Shown piece by piece: positions 23,281-36,200 of a DNA stretch of 64,000 bases; positions within the stretch are counted from its first letter, which is position 1; each line of letters begins with the position of its first letter. The notes beneath the pieces were generated by a model. The model did no database searches and was not told the DNA's origin. It saw only the letters and a list, made by a program, of their open reading frames with translations. Origin of the DNA: Penicillus capitatus. Taxonomy: Eukaryota > Plantae > Chlorophyta. Location of the stretch: positions 186,001 through 250,000 of the forward strand of contig OZ287714.1 of NCBI GenBank assembly GCA_965649825.1, read 5' to 3'. Position numbers and translations under genes: made by a program.

Positions 23281-26200
23281 GAAATCATGCTAACATTCTT
23301 TCTGTATAAATATTGACTGATTCTTTCCGGCTTATCGATCACTTGATAGATTATGCAAGCGCGACTCTGGGAAATAATGACCATTTTTTCTCAAAAAATG
23401 TTGTGTTTTTATGATTACTCCAGGACATCAAGTGATCAGGGCTCTCCGGTGAGCGTCTTCGCTGTTTCCTCCGTTGTGGCACCGCCCATGAGAAGAAGGT
23501 CGTCGGCATAAGCTTGTAGGTGCACGCCTGGATCCTTCGGCATTTGCTAGACTTCGTTTATTCCCAAAATGAGCAACAGTAGTTGTTATGGAAGAAGAGA
23601 AGAGGAAGGATATAGGAAGTGAAGTCAAATCAAGCCGCCAGCAGAGCGTCGTATGACGTCAGCATGACGTTAGACTCGCGTCATGCAGGGTGGCATAAAA
23701 ATTGGGGGTTTTCTTGTATCAGACTCAGCCTTTTTAAACACACGTTTACGTTCTCTTTCTCTCGCACCAAAATCCGCCGTATCAAGAGACTCAACGGCGA
23801 GCCCTGTGAACCCCCCTTTGCTTCCGTGTCAACGCATAGTGAGTATCTTCCAATCTTAAGTCGTGCGGATCATTCTTGTCGGGCATATGAGATAGATGCC
23901 TGTCTGATTTTGGCTATCTGGGATAGGCAATTGGAAAAATAAGAACGCTTTCAATCAGGGTACTGGTGAATTGTACAACGACGGCATTTTGAATTCTCCC
24001 TTTAAGATTTCTCAACTTTGTTTGTTTTCTTCGATTATGTTCGCTTGTCTTCCGGCGCCAGTACAACAATTCTTTGCGGAAAGAAGCGCGTCAGTTGGTC
24101 AGGTATAATAGAGCATTAAGTGTGCTCATCGTCTCTAGTAGATATGTTCTGCTAATTTTGTCGAACGTGGCATTCAAGTCAAGAGCCAATCCATAAGCCA
24201 CTTCCCCTGCTTGTGTGCGGTCTTCGATCTAGTCGGTGACTGGGACGAGGGCTTCAAACGTTCCCCTGGCAGGACGGAAGTCCAATTGGCATGAGTTAAG
24301 AACCTCTTTGCTTCCCGCCGAAATTTATGGCGATTGACAACCGGCGTTTTAACACAGTTGGCGAAAGAATCGAGCAGGCTGATCGATCTCAAGTTGAGAC
24401 GGAGTTTCCGGGGTTAAAAATAACTGTTTGATGGCTATTGATCGAGACACTTTATCCTTCGGTTGATCATAACAAAGATTCTAACTAGAAGTTAGTTAGC
24501 GAAACTCTGGTTTAACGCAAAGGAAAAAGACCCACACTATGCAACGTATTGTGACAACAATATTAAGTGCAACGAATGTAATCTAAGCTCTTGTAAACGC
24601 TGCTTGTAATTTGGGCACTTGCCAGACAAAAAAATATATTGCAGAACTTCACATTCCTAAATTGCATGGCCGAAGGATGTCAAGAGTAGATTACAGACGT
24701 TGCATGGAAAACGATCTTGAACGTCAAGGAAAGGATGATTGCGACTAGTAGATAACGGATATCCGTCCGCCTTAGTTGCGTCGAAAGAGTAAATGTCTCA
24801 TTGCCTTGCTGCCTGGAAATGTGCCTTCGTTTTATAGATTTAGAGCTTCGTTGGGAGCATTTTACTTATGAGGAAACTTACAATATGCCACACCACAACA
24901 ATTGGACACATCCAGACCAAAAGCTGCGCGAAAGGGACACCCGAACTCTACAGTCTGTGCAATTTCTTTTCAGAAAAAAGCCATATTCGACGGGAAGTAA
25001 CGCCAATGACGAAGTTTACAAGTCATACATTTGTTTTGCGTATCTCGCTCTTAAGTACCTTTTTCAACTTAGAAGTTCGAAGATAACGTGGTGGCGAAAG
25101 AGAACGGCCACATATCCCTCCAAAAACCCAAACCGCAGTTGTGAAGCAAGTGTTTCTCTTTCAGGCAGTTCGGAAACAACCTTAAAAGACTTGGTGATGT
25201 GTTAAACCGCGAAAAGTGAAACGATTCTTCAGCAAAAATAACATTTCTTTTGCACGGAAACCAACCAAATGCGCGTTTAAGTAACATTTTTTGAGCCGGG
25301 AGATGAAGCTGTAGTCTCTAGGGGAAATACTATATAAGAAACAATGACTGAGTTAAATAAACTGATAACATTGACCTTGGCCCACTAGACCTTCTCCTGA
25401 TTCGTCTGAAATAGTTATTGTGCGGATGGGCTTAATCAATCTATCTGCGAAAAAGTAGGTAAGTCTATCTGCGATCGAAAAGTATCGCCAAAGCGACGGG
25501 ATGTCTGATCGGGATGCAAAACAAAAAACACTAACGATGATGATGTGACAAAAAAGTCCATACATTGTCATGGATGACGGGAGACTTATAAGGGATCAGC
25601 AGGGAGATAGAGTCTATTACAGAGCAAGGACAGAGCACTTGCTATACTCTGTAGGCACAAGACAAGTTGAGAAAAAAACAGGCATGCAGCAAACTTCGGT
25701 AAAACCGTCATAAACACCGCTTTTACCAGGAAAACCTCATTTCGAAGTTGAAGACACGTTTGATAGCAACAAACAAAAGCAGACATGAATGTAGCGAGTG
25801 CGGTGTAGTCGAACTCGACGCTGCTGCAATGGAGAAGAGACATTGCAAGTCAAAGATCATTGATGCCTGGATGACGAAGACGTGTCCAACAGGTCAGGCA
25901 AGATAGATATCCCATCTATGCATAAGTAGTACATAAGGAAGGATATATGATGAAGCTTCTTAGCTTGTGATTTCGGAGCATGTTTAGATAAACCTGAACA
26001 TTGGCAAGAAGAGACAAAACAAATGGGTCCTTGACAAGCTGCCTTATCGTCTTCCATTCGTTTCAGAGTGTTGCGAGGTTGTTGACTCTCACATTTTCGA
26101 GGGATTGATCCCGATTGCGACTCCCACTGACTTAGGTTTGAATATGTACGAATCATAATTTAGCCGACCGAAAAGAAAGAGTAACAGAGTGACGGATTTA

Positions 26201-27072
26201 GATTGGTCGTGAATGAATGCACGATAATCTATACAACAGTTTCTGCCAGCAGAGAAATGGTCCATAAAACCACGATTCGAGAAAACGATTTAAGATGGAA
26301 ATAAGTACTGAGAAGACTAGAAGACCGGACAGGTTAATCGGTGATACAGACGAAGTAAGAGAGTTATGGAGCAGTCATGTGCATGGGCTAAGTGGGATAG
26401 GGCGACATTTAGAGGATATGCCGGGACGCGCACCGAGAAGCATCTCCATAGAATGACAGTAAGGTCAGTTGTGTATGGTGGAAGAAGACATTGTTATACA
26501 GAACCGGCTTTCCGAATATTCGGCTATGCGTAGACATTCACAAGACAGTGGTGTTACTGATGCAGTGGAACAAAGGCACGATCACTCGAATAACGTTCGG
26601 ACTCGCGGAAGAGCACTTCATATGTCGCATGGGTGTTTGGTTACTTTACCATGATCCCTGTCCACGAATAAACGTCGCCGGAAACACTTGTCGTATTTTC
26701 GCGGCAATCCCCATATGGGCGTCATGCGACTCAAAAAAGGAAGAATCTCTGCAAACGTCAAACAGGCGGGGTGTTATGATGTGACGACTGTCATAACGAG
26801 AGAAGTATCGTGATGCTTCGTAGAGTCATGCAGCAACTGGATGACGTGACCCATGGTGAAAACAGCCAGATGACTGAAACACCATACGAAAGTCAAACCA
26901 TCGAATTCATCACACTACATGGCAAGATGGATGTGTTTCTTTACAGAATACATCTTTGCTGAGAGCATTGAACCAATGTATGTTTCAAAAGGTTACAAGA
27001 ACATGCAGGAAAGGACAGTTATTCAAAAAACACCGCGGCTGATTTTTAAAGCAAACACCTTGCTTATCGTGT

Positions 27073-28494
27073 CTAGACCTTCATGTATACTCTCTGGTCT
27101 GGAGATGCGGTCCACGTCTTTTCACTGTCTGTGAAAGTGGTGATCATCTCCAGACTGACCTCGGGTTTGTCACGGGCAGCCAGGTGTCCGCACTGTTCAA
27201 TCTTCAGAAACGTCAGCAGATCATAAGTCTGAACCTCACCGGCCTGTTCGCCGTTCACCTTCCAGATTTCTTTGGCTGCCTGTTTCCATTCTGCAGCCGA
27301 TGTCCATTTCATGGCTTCGATCCAATCTCGAACACCTATATAATTGCAAATGAGATCCTGGTCTCCCGCATAGATCAATATCGGCAATCCTTTGTCCAGG
27401 AGTCGGGCCACTGAAGGCGTCATGTCTGTTTCTTTGTCCCAGCGAAAGGAATCATAAACTGACGTGTTGCAATGCATGTATTTTTTGTCTTCTGGAATTT
27501 GAAATCGCTTTTTCATTTGGGGCAGATTCATAAATCTTTCCAGTTTCTTCATATCATGACAGTCATCATCATCTGAGCAAGTGCGTCTGACATCGTACAC
27601 ATCGATATGGGGTTTTGCGTCCACTACTGGAGAGTACAATCCTTTTGAGCACAAATTAAAGGCATCCCCCGCGTAACACGATTTCATTTCAGCGAAATCT
27701 TTAAGTGCACTACAAAGAGCAAGGATAAGATTGCACATCTGCCAATGCTCCAACAGATTATTCTTGGTTTCTTCGTCAATCAGTTTCATCTCGTACCCAT
27801 ACACAGGGTACGAACGGTACTGCAATGAAGGATTTGTCCATGGATTACCAATAGCCATCGCCTTCAGAGGGATATGCATCTCGTCTCCCTTCTCATTGGC
27901 ATCTAAGATGCGATTTGCAATTGGTGGAAGATAGTGGCCAGCATACGATTCTCCGGCAAGGAAAAGCGGCTTCTGCTTCTCATCCCGATGTTCTTCGTAG
28001 AAGGCATAGAAGAACTGGAGAATGTGTTCGGCTACCTGCTCTTCTGTCGTCACTTTGTCGTCTTCGGAACCGTAACTGAATCCCACATCCAGGGGATGGT
28101 CCACAAAGATGATGTTGTATGCCGTATCCCAGCCGTGAGGATTCCAACAGAGAGTCAGATCGTCCAGGATCCGGTATGGACCGTTCTCCAGGAAGAGACC
28201 AATGAGCGAGGAGCATCCAGGTCCGCCATTGGTCCAGAAGAGGAGCGGCGCATCAGGGTCATCGTGTCTGTTTTTGATGTACATGTAGAACATGTGACCA
28301 CCGTCTGTTCCGTCGATAGTGAAGTAGCCTCCGCTGTGGGCATCTGGTTTGAGAAACTTAAAAGAATCTTCATTGACCGCCGTCGTCGACATCAGCGGCG
28401 CCATCTCGAGGTCCCACTCGACAATGCGCCCGCCACCAAGACATAAAGTCAATAGGGATAGACAGCAAAGACGCCAGAAAAGTTTCGTGGACAT
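27073..28494 (-). CDS. Serine carboxypeptidase, peptidase family S10, secreted; intronless
   Basis: Signal peptide, WTNGGPGCSS, GESYAGHY (catalytic Ser), GDQDLICN (Asp), CGHLA (His). Confidence 0.95.
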   Translation of the reverse strand: MSTKLFWRLCCLSLLTLCLGGGRIVEWDLEMAPLMSTTAVNEDSFKFLKPDAHSGGYFTIDGTDGGHMFYMYIKNRHDDPDAPLLFWTNGGPGCSSLIGLFLENGPYRILDDLTLCWNPHGWDTAYNIIFVDHPLDVGFSYGSEDDKVTTEEQVAEHILQFFYAFYEEHRDEKQKPLFLAGESYAGHYLPPIANRILDANEKGDEMHIPLKAMAIGNPWTNPSLQYRSYPVYGYEMKLIDEETKNNLLEHWQMCNLILALCSALKDFAEMKSCYAGDAFNLCSKGLYSPVVDAKPHIDVYDVRRTCSDDDDCHDMKKLERFMNLPQMKKRFQIPEDKKYMHCNTSVYDSFRWDKETDMTPSVARLLDKGLPILIYAGDQDLICNYIGVRDWIEAMKWTSAAEWKQAAKEIWKVNGEQAGEVQTYDLLTFLKIEQCGHLAARDKPEVSLEMITTFTDSEKTWTASPDQRVYMKV

Positions 28495-28668
28495 CGAGCG
28501 TTTTAAACGGCGATTAGTGATTCTCTCGACTCAGTTTTCCGCAAGCTTCGTTTTCAAGTCGATCAGGTAAAAGAGCCAGTGCGGCATGAAGAAAAGATCT
28601 TTGCCAGCCACCTTGCTCTACGCTGATAGTCTATCATTACGATTTCGCGTCATTAGTCTTTTGGCCAC

Positions 28669-29861
28669 ATGTGGACAGGAGTCGCGGGTACGCAGCTTGA
28701 AAATGGATCACCCTTGTGGCTTAAGAAGCGCTGCGGCACGATAAACAGTGCCTTGCCAATAGAACGCCATTGCCGATCGGTCGCAATTGCTGTCCCAAGA
28801 GCGACGTCACGACCAGAGACAGAGCTCGTTGTGGACGTCGAAAACGTATCTCCACGGACACTGTTTGAGACAGGAACCATGGATTTGACGACGACTGGAG
28901 CAACGACTTCTTTTTCGAGAGAACCACTCATCTCTGAGAAGCTCGTCGTGTTCATCCGCCATGGATTTAGTACCTGGAATGAACAGCGACGAATTCAGGC
29001 AAGAAAAGCCAACAGTCGATGATAACTCAGTGACTGTCGCAGGGAGCTTCGGAAGAGTCACTCTTGACGCCGTTTGGCGAAGAACAGGCACTTCGATGCA
29101 AGCAGGCCCTTTCTGGGCTGCATTTTGACAGGTAGATGGTTATGGATGTTTCATGCTGTCTGAGTGAGATCGTCTTTGATTAGCTGTTTCGCGAGTCCGA
29201 TACGAAGAGCACTGAGAACAGCAGAGCTGGTTTGGGAAGATCGAGATGGTCCACTTGTTTTGATGGACGGCTTACGAGAAGCCGATCTTGGAATCCTACA
29301 AGGATTGAAGAATGGTATGGCGTCCAGCGCAGATAGCAGACCGAATGTTCTGTGTTGTTTAGAAGTGGCAGCGGTAGAATATGCAGAACTCTACAGGTCT
29401 TATTTCCTGTTCATATCTTGACCACCAACTGCGACATACTTACAGAGCGTGGAGAGATCAACCAGAGCATTTTTGCGTAGATGGGCGTTATCCCGTACAT
29501 GAGGTGTTTGAGCAGGCACAGACGGCCTGGAAAGGTACATAACAACCCATCAATGGGGAGCAGATAATCAATTCTTGTACTGGCAGATATCCTAGCGAGT
29601 CCTGGAGTTGGTCATCTAGTCGTGACGCACAAATCGATTCTCCGAGCCATGCTGTGCACAGCATTGAGATTGCCCCCGTCCAGTTTTCGCTGTGTTGATG
29701 TCAGTAACGGAGGAATCTGCACATTTCGGTCAGCAGAGTGGCACAAGTAGTTCTCAACTTTAAGGAGATGCGTGTATTCTAGGATTAACAAACGAGGAGA
29801 GCCGATGATGACGGGACTTAATCTCACATCTCATCTGCATGTAGCTGACGTGTATTACTAA
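28669..29861 (+). CDS. Histidine phosphatase (PGAM family), 2-carboxy-D-arabinitol-1-phosphatase-like, with N-terminal transit-like peptide; multi-exon
   Basis: VFIRHGFSTWNEQRRIQ|GASEESLLT, SPIRRALRTAE, LREADLG..QGL, DGRYPVHE, VVTHKS, SNGGI; resembles plant CA1P phosphatase from memory; the first intron is GC-AG. Confidence 0.85.
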
Positions 29862-30272
29862 ACCTCGCTTTGGAGTATTCTCACGCTTTTGTTAGCGGTC
29901 GTTTATGTATAGACACGTAATTCATGGCCAACAACACGAGGTAAGCCTGGAATGTGCAAACAACAGTGAATTCGGCGAATCGGAGTGCGAAAACTGTATA
30001 TGTTCATACGTGATTTCATGCATGGCGGTTAGTCATAAGAGGTCTTTTCTTTAAAATCGACGGTGTCCGAGCTTCGTCGATTTCAATCCACCGATTTGCC
30101 GACTGATAGCACGAGGCTTGATAACCTCCTCCAGCGAGGAGCGTCAACATTTCTTCGTGGTCTCAGAACAATTGCTCTCCGCTCTCGTGAACAACTCCGT
30201 CTTTTGTACATAGTCAGAGAATCTTAGCACCTACTGCCCACATTCCGCTGCTTTTGCGCAGCCGCTGGAGAT

Positions 30273-33200
30273 ATGGGAACTCGTCGCCCTCCTCGTTTAG
30301 GTAACAACAAACCGATTTTAACTTACACGCCCTCAAACGGCACGAGACGCACGCGAAACTTTCTAAGCAGTTTCTCAACAAGAGCCGCTTACTTTAAAGA
30401 CCCTCGTCGGTTGTCCGCTGAATCATTTTCTTGGTGCTTTAGGTCTGCTGGTCCTATTAATTGCCGCTTTCTCGATTCATGAAGCCACTTCCCGCTCTCT
30501 CTCACAAAAAGAGAATGGGAGTCCGCCTCCAGGAGGGTTTCTAGAAGACGAAGTTCCACTGACTGTAGTCAGCACGACACCCGAAAAACTACGGACGGGT
30601 GGAAAAATAGCCGTAACCGGACGTGAATCGCTCACTGTACGCCTTCTTCTCCTCGTCGGCGACATGAGCATCTAACGCGTTCGACTTCCTAGGTTGTTCT
30701 AAGTCGTCCAGTTCTTCCAATTGGGCAACTGGTCGACGAAAAAACGTTTAACGAGAAGGTATGCGCGCACTACCACACATACAAGCCGCCAATGACTGCT
30801 AACGTATCTTCTGTTACTCTAGAGACCGTTCTCCCTCTCTCCGGAGATCAGTGGAAACTATAGATGGTTGACGACATATATTGTGGAATTTGAACCTGCT
30901 GAAGACTGGGCGTCTGACTTGGAAGTTGACTTTGAGTGGAATTCCGATCTCGTTACCTACGATGGTAAGTCATGGCCTGTCACGCTCATGTGAGTGAGAT
31001 GTGTTCTGTGAAGGTGTACCCTTCACTGTTCGCGGAAATGCTGCATCTCGGCTCACAACACCTGCGCTTAACTTATCCGCTGTGGCCGTGACATCCAGGA
31101 CCGCAAACAATCTCACGGATAACTTCTGGGATGCATTTGTGGGCACCAGTTTCGATATATTGCCAGAAATGCCGGTCGATGGTGTGGCTGGTTATCCCTT
31201 TTGTCCAGGATGTGACATGTTTGGCATGTAGCGTACATCCAACTCGTCGCGAGTTCGCCCATCAACTTGGACGTTCTTCAGACGTCACTTCTGGTAAAAG
31301 ATGAAAGACGAATCGTATCTGTATGATCACACGGTGGCGATTTAGGTTGTCGATCCACTTACAAATGGAAATCCTCCTGTGTCAGTGAGTGTTGCAGAAT
31401 GTGTTATTCCTGAAATTCCTTGCGCTGACGTAAGCTCTCATCGATTGGCATATATTGGCATGCATGTCTTGTCTGTTTTAGTGTCTTTCTGAAGAAGTCG
31501 ATGGGGAGCAAAGAGGCGGCGGAAGAAGCGAACCAGATCAGCCGGTTTATGGATCATACTATGGCGGAGAGGAAGAAGAGGAAGAAGAGGAAAAAGTCGT
31601 TGAACAGCCAAAAGAGAAAGAAATCGTGTTGACTGGAGCATCCAGCAGCTGCATCAATATTTCCTTCGCTCACGACCAAGAACAAGGCTTCACCCAAGGA
31701 CGCAGGTATTCTCTCGTCTTGCCGTCCGATACTCAGTACAGCAACGACGCCGGACCATTGACGAAAGACGTCTCGATCAATTTCGCTGGGCTGAGAGATT
31801 TCAGAGTGCCCTTTGTCGAAGATTCGAAATTCAATGTCAGCAGCTCGCGTCTATTCATGTGGATTCCGCATGGACTGGCCGATGGTCAAAATCTGACAGA
31901 TTTCCCAATGAAACTCGTCCGTGCAAAGACTGGACAAGACGTAAGAATATTCACGCAATACCTCGAACCTTCTTCATCACGGCACGCGATCTGCAGGTTG
32001 ATTTCTCTCTCGAGCTCGTTAGTAAATCGGTAATCCGCGTCAATGCAAACTTCAACCCGGGATCGACATACAGGTACGAGATCTGGCAATCAAAACGAAG
32101 ATGGCATTGACACCTTTTCTGTGGTTTCTAGGATCAGTGTCTTCGAATCGCCTTCGTTCAAAGATGGCTACGGCCTCAGTCTCAAGAGATCCAACATCAA
32201 CTTCTTGGCAGCACCCATTGAGCCTTTCTTTGGTGCCATGACCGTTCCAACAGATGTTAAGTAGGAACTCGATGTTACTGGTTACACCTTCTGATTCTTG
32301 TGCGATTAGGCTTGCTATCTTCGAAGAAGGACAAGATTGGGGAGAGAAGATCGTCGTTGTCTCCAAGGGCAGTCCTTTGTCAGACGACAGCGTTTGTAAG
32401 CGGGAAGGGTCGGCAATCTTCTCCTGGGACATCAGTGACCCAGAATCCGGCCTCCCTCTTCTCTCAACAGAACCGTTGGACACCTCTGTCACTGACATCC
32501 TTGGCGTTGCAGGTGCGACGACGCTATCCAGTTAAGCGGATGACTAACACCACATCTGTTTCTCCATTCAGCTGATCGTTTGGTCGATGAGCGCACAGAC
32601 ATTGCAGGAGACACGCAAGAAATGGACATCACAAAGCTTCTCAAGACATCCGGCCTCGTTGCTGGATCGTACTGCAGGTTTGAACAGATTCTCTGCGTGA
32701 TGTCTATCTAACATGGTTCGCCAGGAATGACATGCACTATCCACTTGTGGTTTGCGAGACAGAACTCCAAGTTGTCGTCTTGATCACGAGTGCCGTTACT
32801 TCCAAAGGACGGACAGCATTGGTGTGGGTGACAAACATGAAGAATTCTTCCCCCGTTGCCGACGCAACAGTTGCTCTCTATGAACCGACCGGCAAGGTAA
32901 GCAAGAGACATGTATTTGACGCCAGATGCGTATCACGGTGGTGATGGTACAGAACAAGTTTAAGGAAGTGAGTGACGGAGAAACTGACAAAGATGGCGCT
33001 GCTCTTTTGTCTATCGACGGTGGCAGCAGCGAACTGCATGCCGTTGTTACATCCGACGGAAAATCTGTTTACGTTCCACATGTCGAAGTGCAAAATGGAG
33101 TGGTGTCTGCCATCAGCGATTCTGTTATCCTTGATCGTCCTATTGCCCGCCCTGGTGAATGGCTACGTGTGAAAGGTCGAATACCCAACCTGTTATTGCT

Positions 33201-36200
33201 GACTTACGTATCGTATTCCTTTCCTTCTAGGTTATGTTATGCAACGAGATGGTGGCGACTATCTCCCAACTGACGTCAAGAATATCCGCGTGGTCGTTTC
33301 GCCTTCGATGGTGCGAAGCACAAAGGAATCCGACGTGATTGGTATTACAAGATTCAATAAGGACTTTGGAAGTTATACTCTGAGTTTGAGAATTCCGTTG
33401 AGTGTGATTGCTGTTCACCACACCATCAGAGTCGAAGCAGATCTTCCTGGCGGTGGCACTTACGTCGGAAAGCCAGAACCCTTCACTGTTCTCAACTCTC
33501 GCAGAGCTCCTGCCGTGTTGACAGTCAATGCTCCCGTCTGGGCGCTGCCAAACAAAAAAGTCAAAGTCAAATCTGGGGTGACGAGCTTCGCTGGTGCACC
33601 CATTGAAGATGCACGACTCCTCTTCGTTTGGAGCATTCAGGGTAAGAGATCGCATTCCTTGTGTCGTATGCGATGATCGCATTTGTGCAGATGATGCGAG
33701 AGATGACGATGATGAAGCACTGACAGGACGTGTTGTTTCATACACGGATGGTTCTGGAGAAGCGTCGGCGACGATCGATTTAGCCAAATTTGCCAACTCG
33801 CCCTCGGCAGGAACGATTCTCCAGATCACCGCACACTACACAGGACCTTCAGGAGAACGTGTTGAAAGCAGCACGACTGTCAGACTTGAACCAGCTGATG
33901 TGGATATCGTGCTTCAGAAAACAGTGGATACAGATCTGCCACAGCAGGAATTCGGCATCAGAGCTGCCGTCTATGATCTTTCAGGAAAGCGTCTGACGAC
34001 CCGAGAAACAGTCACCTATGCATTGAAGCAGATCCCAGAGTTCAGATCGAACGGACGGCCAACATTGAAGCCGACCACATCCAGTTCAGAAGCTCCAGGG
34101 AAAACTATTGAGAAATGTGAACAGTCCTACAGAAGCACAGAGTTCTGCAGATTCAAACTTCCAAAGATGGGTCAGTATGTCGTCGAAGCATGTGTCAAAG
34201 TCGGTAAATCCAAAGCCTGCAAACGTTCGTACATGGGAAAAACAAAGAATGCGTGGGAAACAACACCACTCGAACAACATCTGCCATTTGGTGTGACTCC
34301 CATCACAACAGGACCCTACAAAGTCGGCGATGAAGCCTCGTTCTTGATCGAGAATCCGTTTGGTGATGTGACTGTCTTGATGGCTTGGGGATCGAGAGAT
34401 GAAGTCAAAACAAAGGTGGTGACGGTAAAGACAGGTTCGACGACGCTGGAGTTTAAGGTGGACGATGTCTGCACGGCCAACTGCGCCTTGTCTATTTCTG
34501 CAGCCATTCCCCGACAAAAGAAAGGTCTTGCCAGTGAAATTTCCGTCCCTGTTAGTGCTGTCTTTGACCCATCCATGCCACACAACGAGCACTACACGAC
34601 TGTGATCGAGACAAAGAGAGAGAAAGCTACTCTGGCGATGAAGGTGTCTGTTCCTGGTATCAAGATGGATAATGGCGTTCCTCTGATGGAGCCAGGTCTC
34701 AATGCCTCAGTCAGAGTGACATTCGACAGAAAGGGGCCTGTTGAAATCACTGCATTTGCAATCGATACAAAAATACTGGATCTGCTGCCCTCTCCTCTTA
34801 AGGATGTGTCTGATGATTTCGTTTCAGACCTATCCGACTACTTCCGATACAAAAGTACTTCTGAAAACATGGTGGCACCTGGAGCCATCGATGCCATTAC
34901 TAAAGCAAATGAAGCACGCAAAAAACTGGACCCATGGTTCAGAATGATTACTACTTTGCAGCCTTCTGAAGAAACCGCAGACATTCAACTGACAGATGAT
35001 CAGTACCTCGAACAATATGTACAGTACCTGACTGTCGTGCCCCGCTCGCCTGCAGAAAAGGCAGCGGCAGCAGCTGCACCTGTGAGCATAACTAACATTG
35101 AAGAAGATGAGCCGACAGAGACACCAGCCCCATTCAGCAGAGTTGCACTGCTAACTAGGCCAACTTATGCAACACCAATACTGTTCGAGAGCTACACCGC
35201 TTCTGGCGGTGTTTGGTTAGTGAACTTCGAAGGACCCAAAGAGGGTGGAGAGTTCATGATCCGCGCATACGCATCCTCAGGCACTGGACTCTTCGGTAGC
35301 GACGAGGTCCGAGTGAGAGTGAAGAGAAACATTGCAGTGACCCATGACTTCCCCGCCTTCACCCGTCTGGGAGATGTCTTTGAGGCGGCCATCAAGATCA
35401 GCACTCTAAAGGTGGCAGAGAAACCCATTGCTTTGACCATTGAACCTTCCGAGAACTTGAAGATGGAGGGAGCAGAAGAGCAGAACGTCCATATGGGAAA
35501 ATCGCTCGAGAAAGAAATTCGTGTCACGTTCACGGCGAAGGGCGTCGGTGAGTCGACCATCAAGATCGTGGCAGACGACGGTACAGGAAACGATGCAAAA
35601 ACGACCATTCGTTTGACCATCTACGGTCCACAGCCACCTGTTGTTCTCGGATCAGCCTTCCCAGTCTCGGGAGACGCCGCTGAGGAGCCAAGCAGTGAAA
35701 TGATTGTTCCAAATGCACTCGAAGGAAGTGGATCCCTCGTCGTTGCCGCCGGAGAAGGGCATCTCCCTGGACTCTTGCTCTTGGCTGATCAGATCTATTC
35801 TCAAGACTCCTTCACCTGTCCGATCTCAGCTGACTTTGTGGTTGCCACGCTTGCCATCCCGGCCATCGTCGATTTCTATTATCCATGGAGCCCAGATCCA
35901 AACTTGTTGCCTGAGTTCTATGTAGAGCTGGTCAATGGCATACTCGCAACGTACCAGACTGCCTTGACAACGATCTACACAGACTCGACATCCGTGAGTC
36001 TTGGGTTAGAAGTCGAAGTCCCTTGTCAAGCAGGTGGCATCTCAAAACCTGGTGTCTCTCTGGAACAAAACGCAAAGGGCATTATCATCATCGACAATGT
36101 GGAGAAACGTCTAAAGGAGCACAACTTGGAGGTGCGTCCTCTCATCCATCGCCAAACAATGCATGATGACTTGTCTTGTGTCATTCCTTAGGAGATCTAC

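Noticed and set aside
23382-23400. Perfect 8-bp hairpin CATTTTTT-CTC-AAAAAATG
   Set aside because: Low-complexity A/T stem, single occurrence, with no partner terminal inverted repeat or target-site duplication found.
24577-24609. Three TGTAA motifs (chlorophyte poly(A) signal) in 33 bp
   Set aside because: No upstream plus-strand gene was identified, and the pentamer is common in AT-rich DNA and not consistently placed after other genes here.
24801-25205. 134-aa ORF as a transposon or retroelement remnant
   Set aside because: No transposase, reverse transcriptase, integrase or gag motif recognised.
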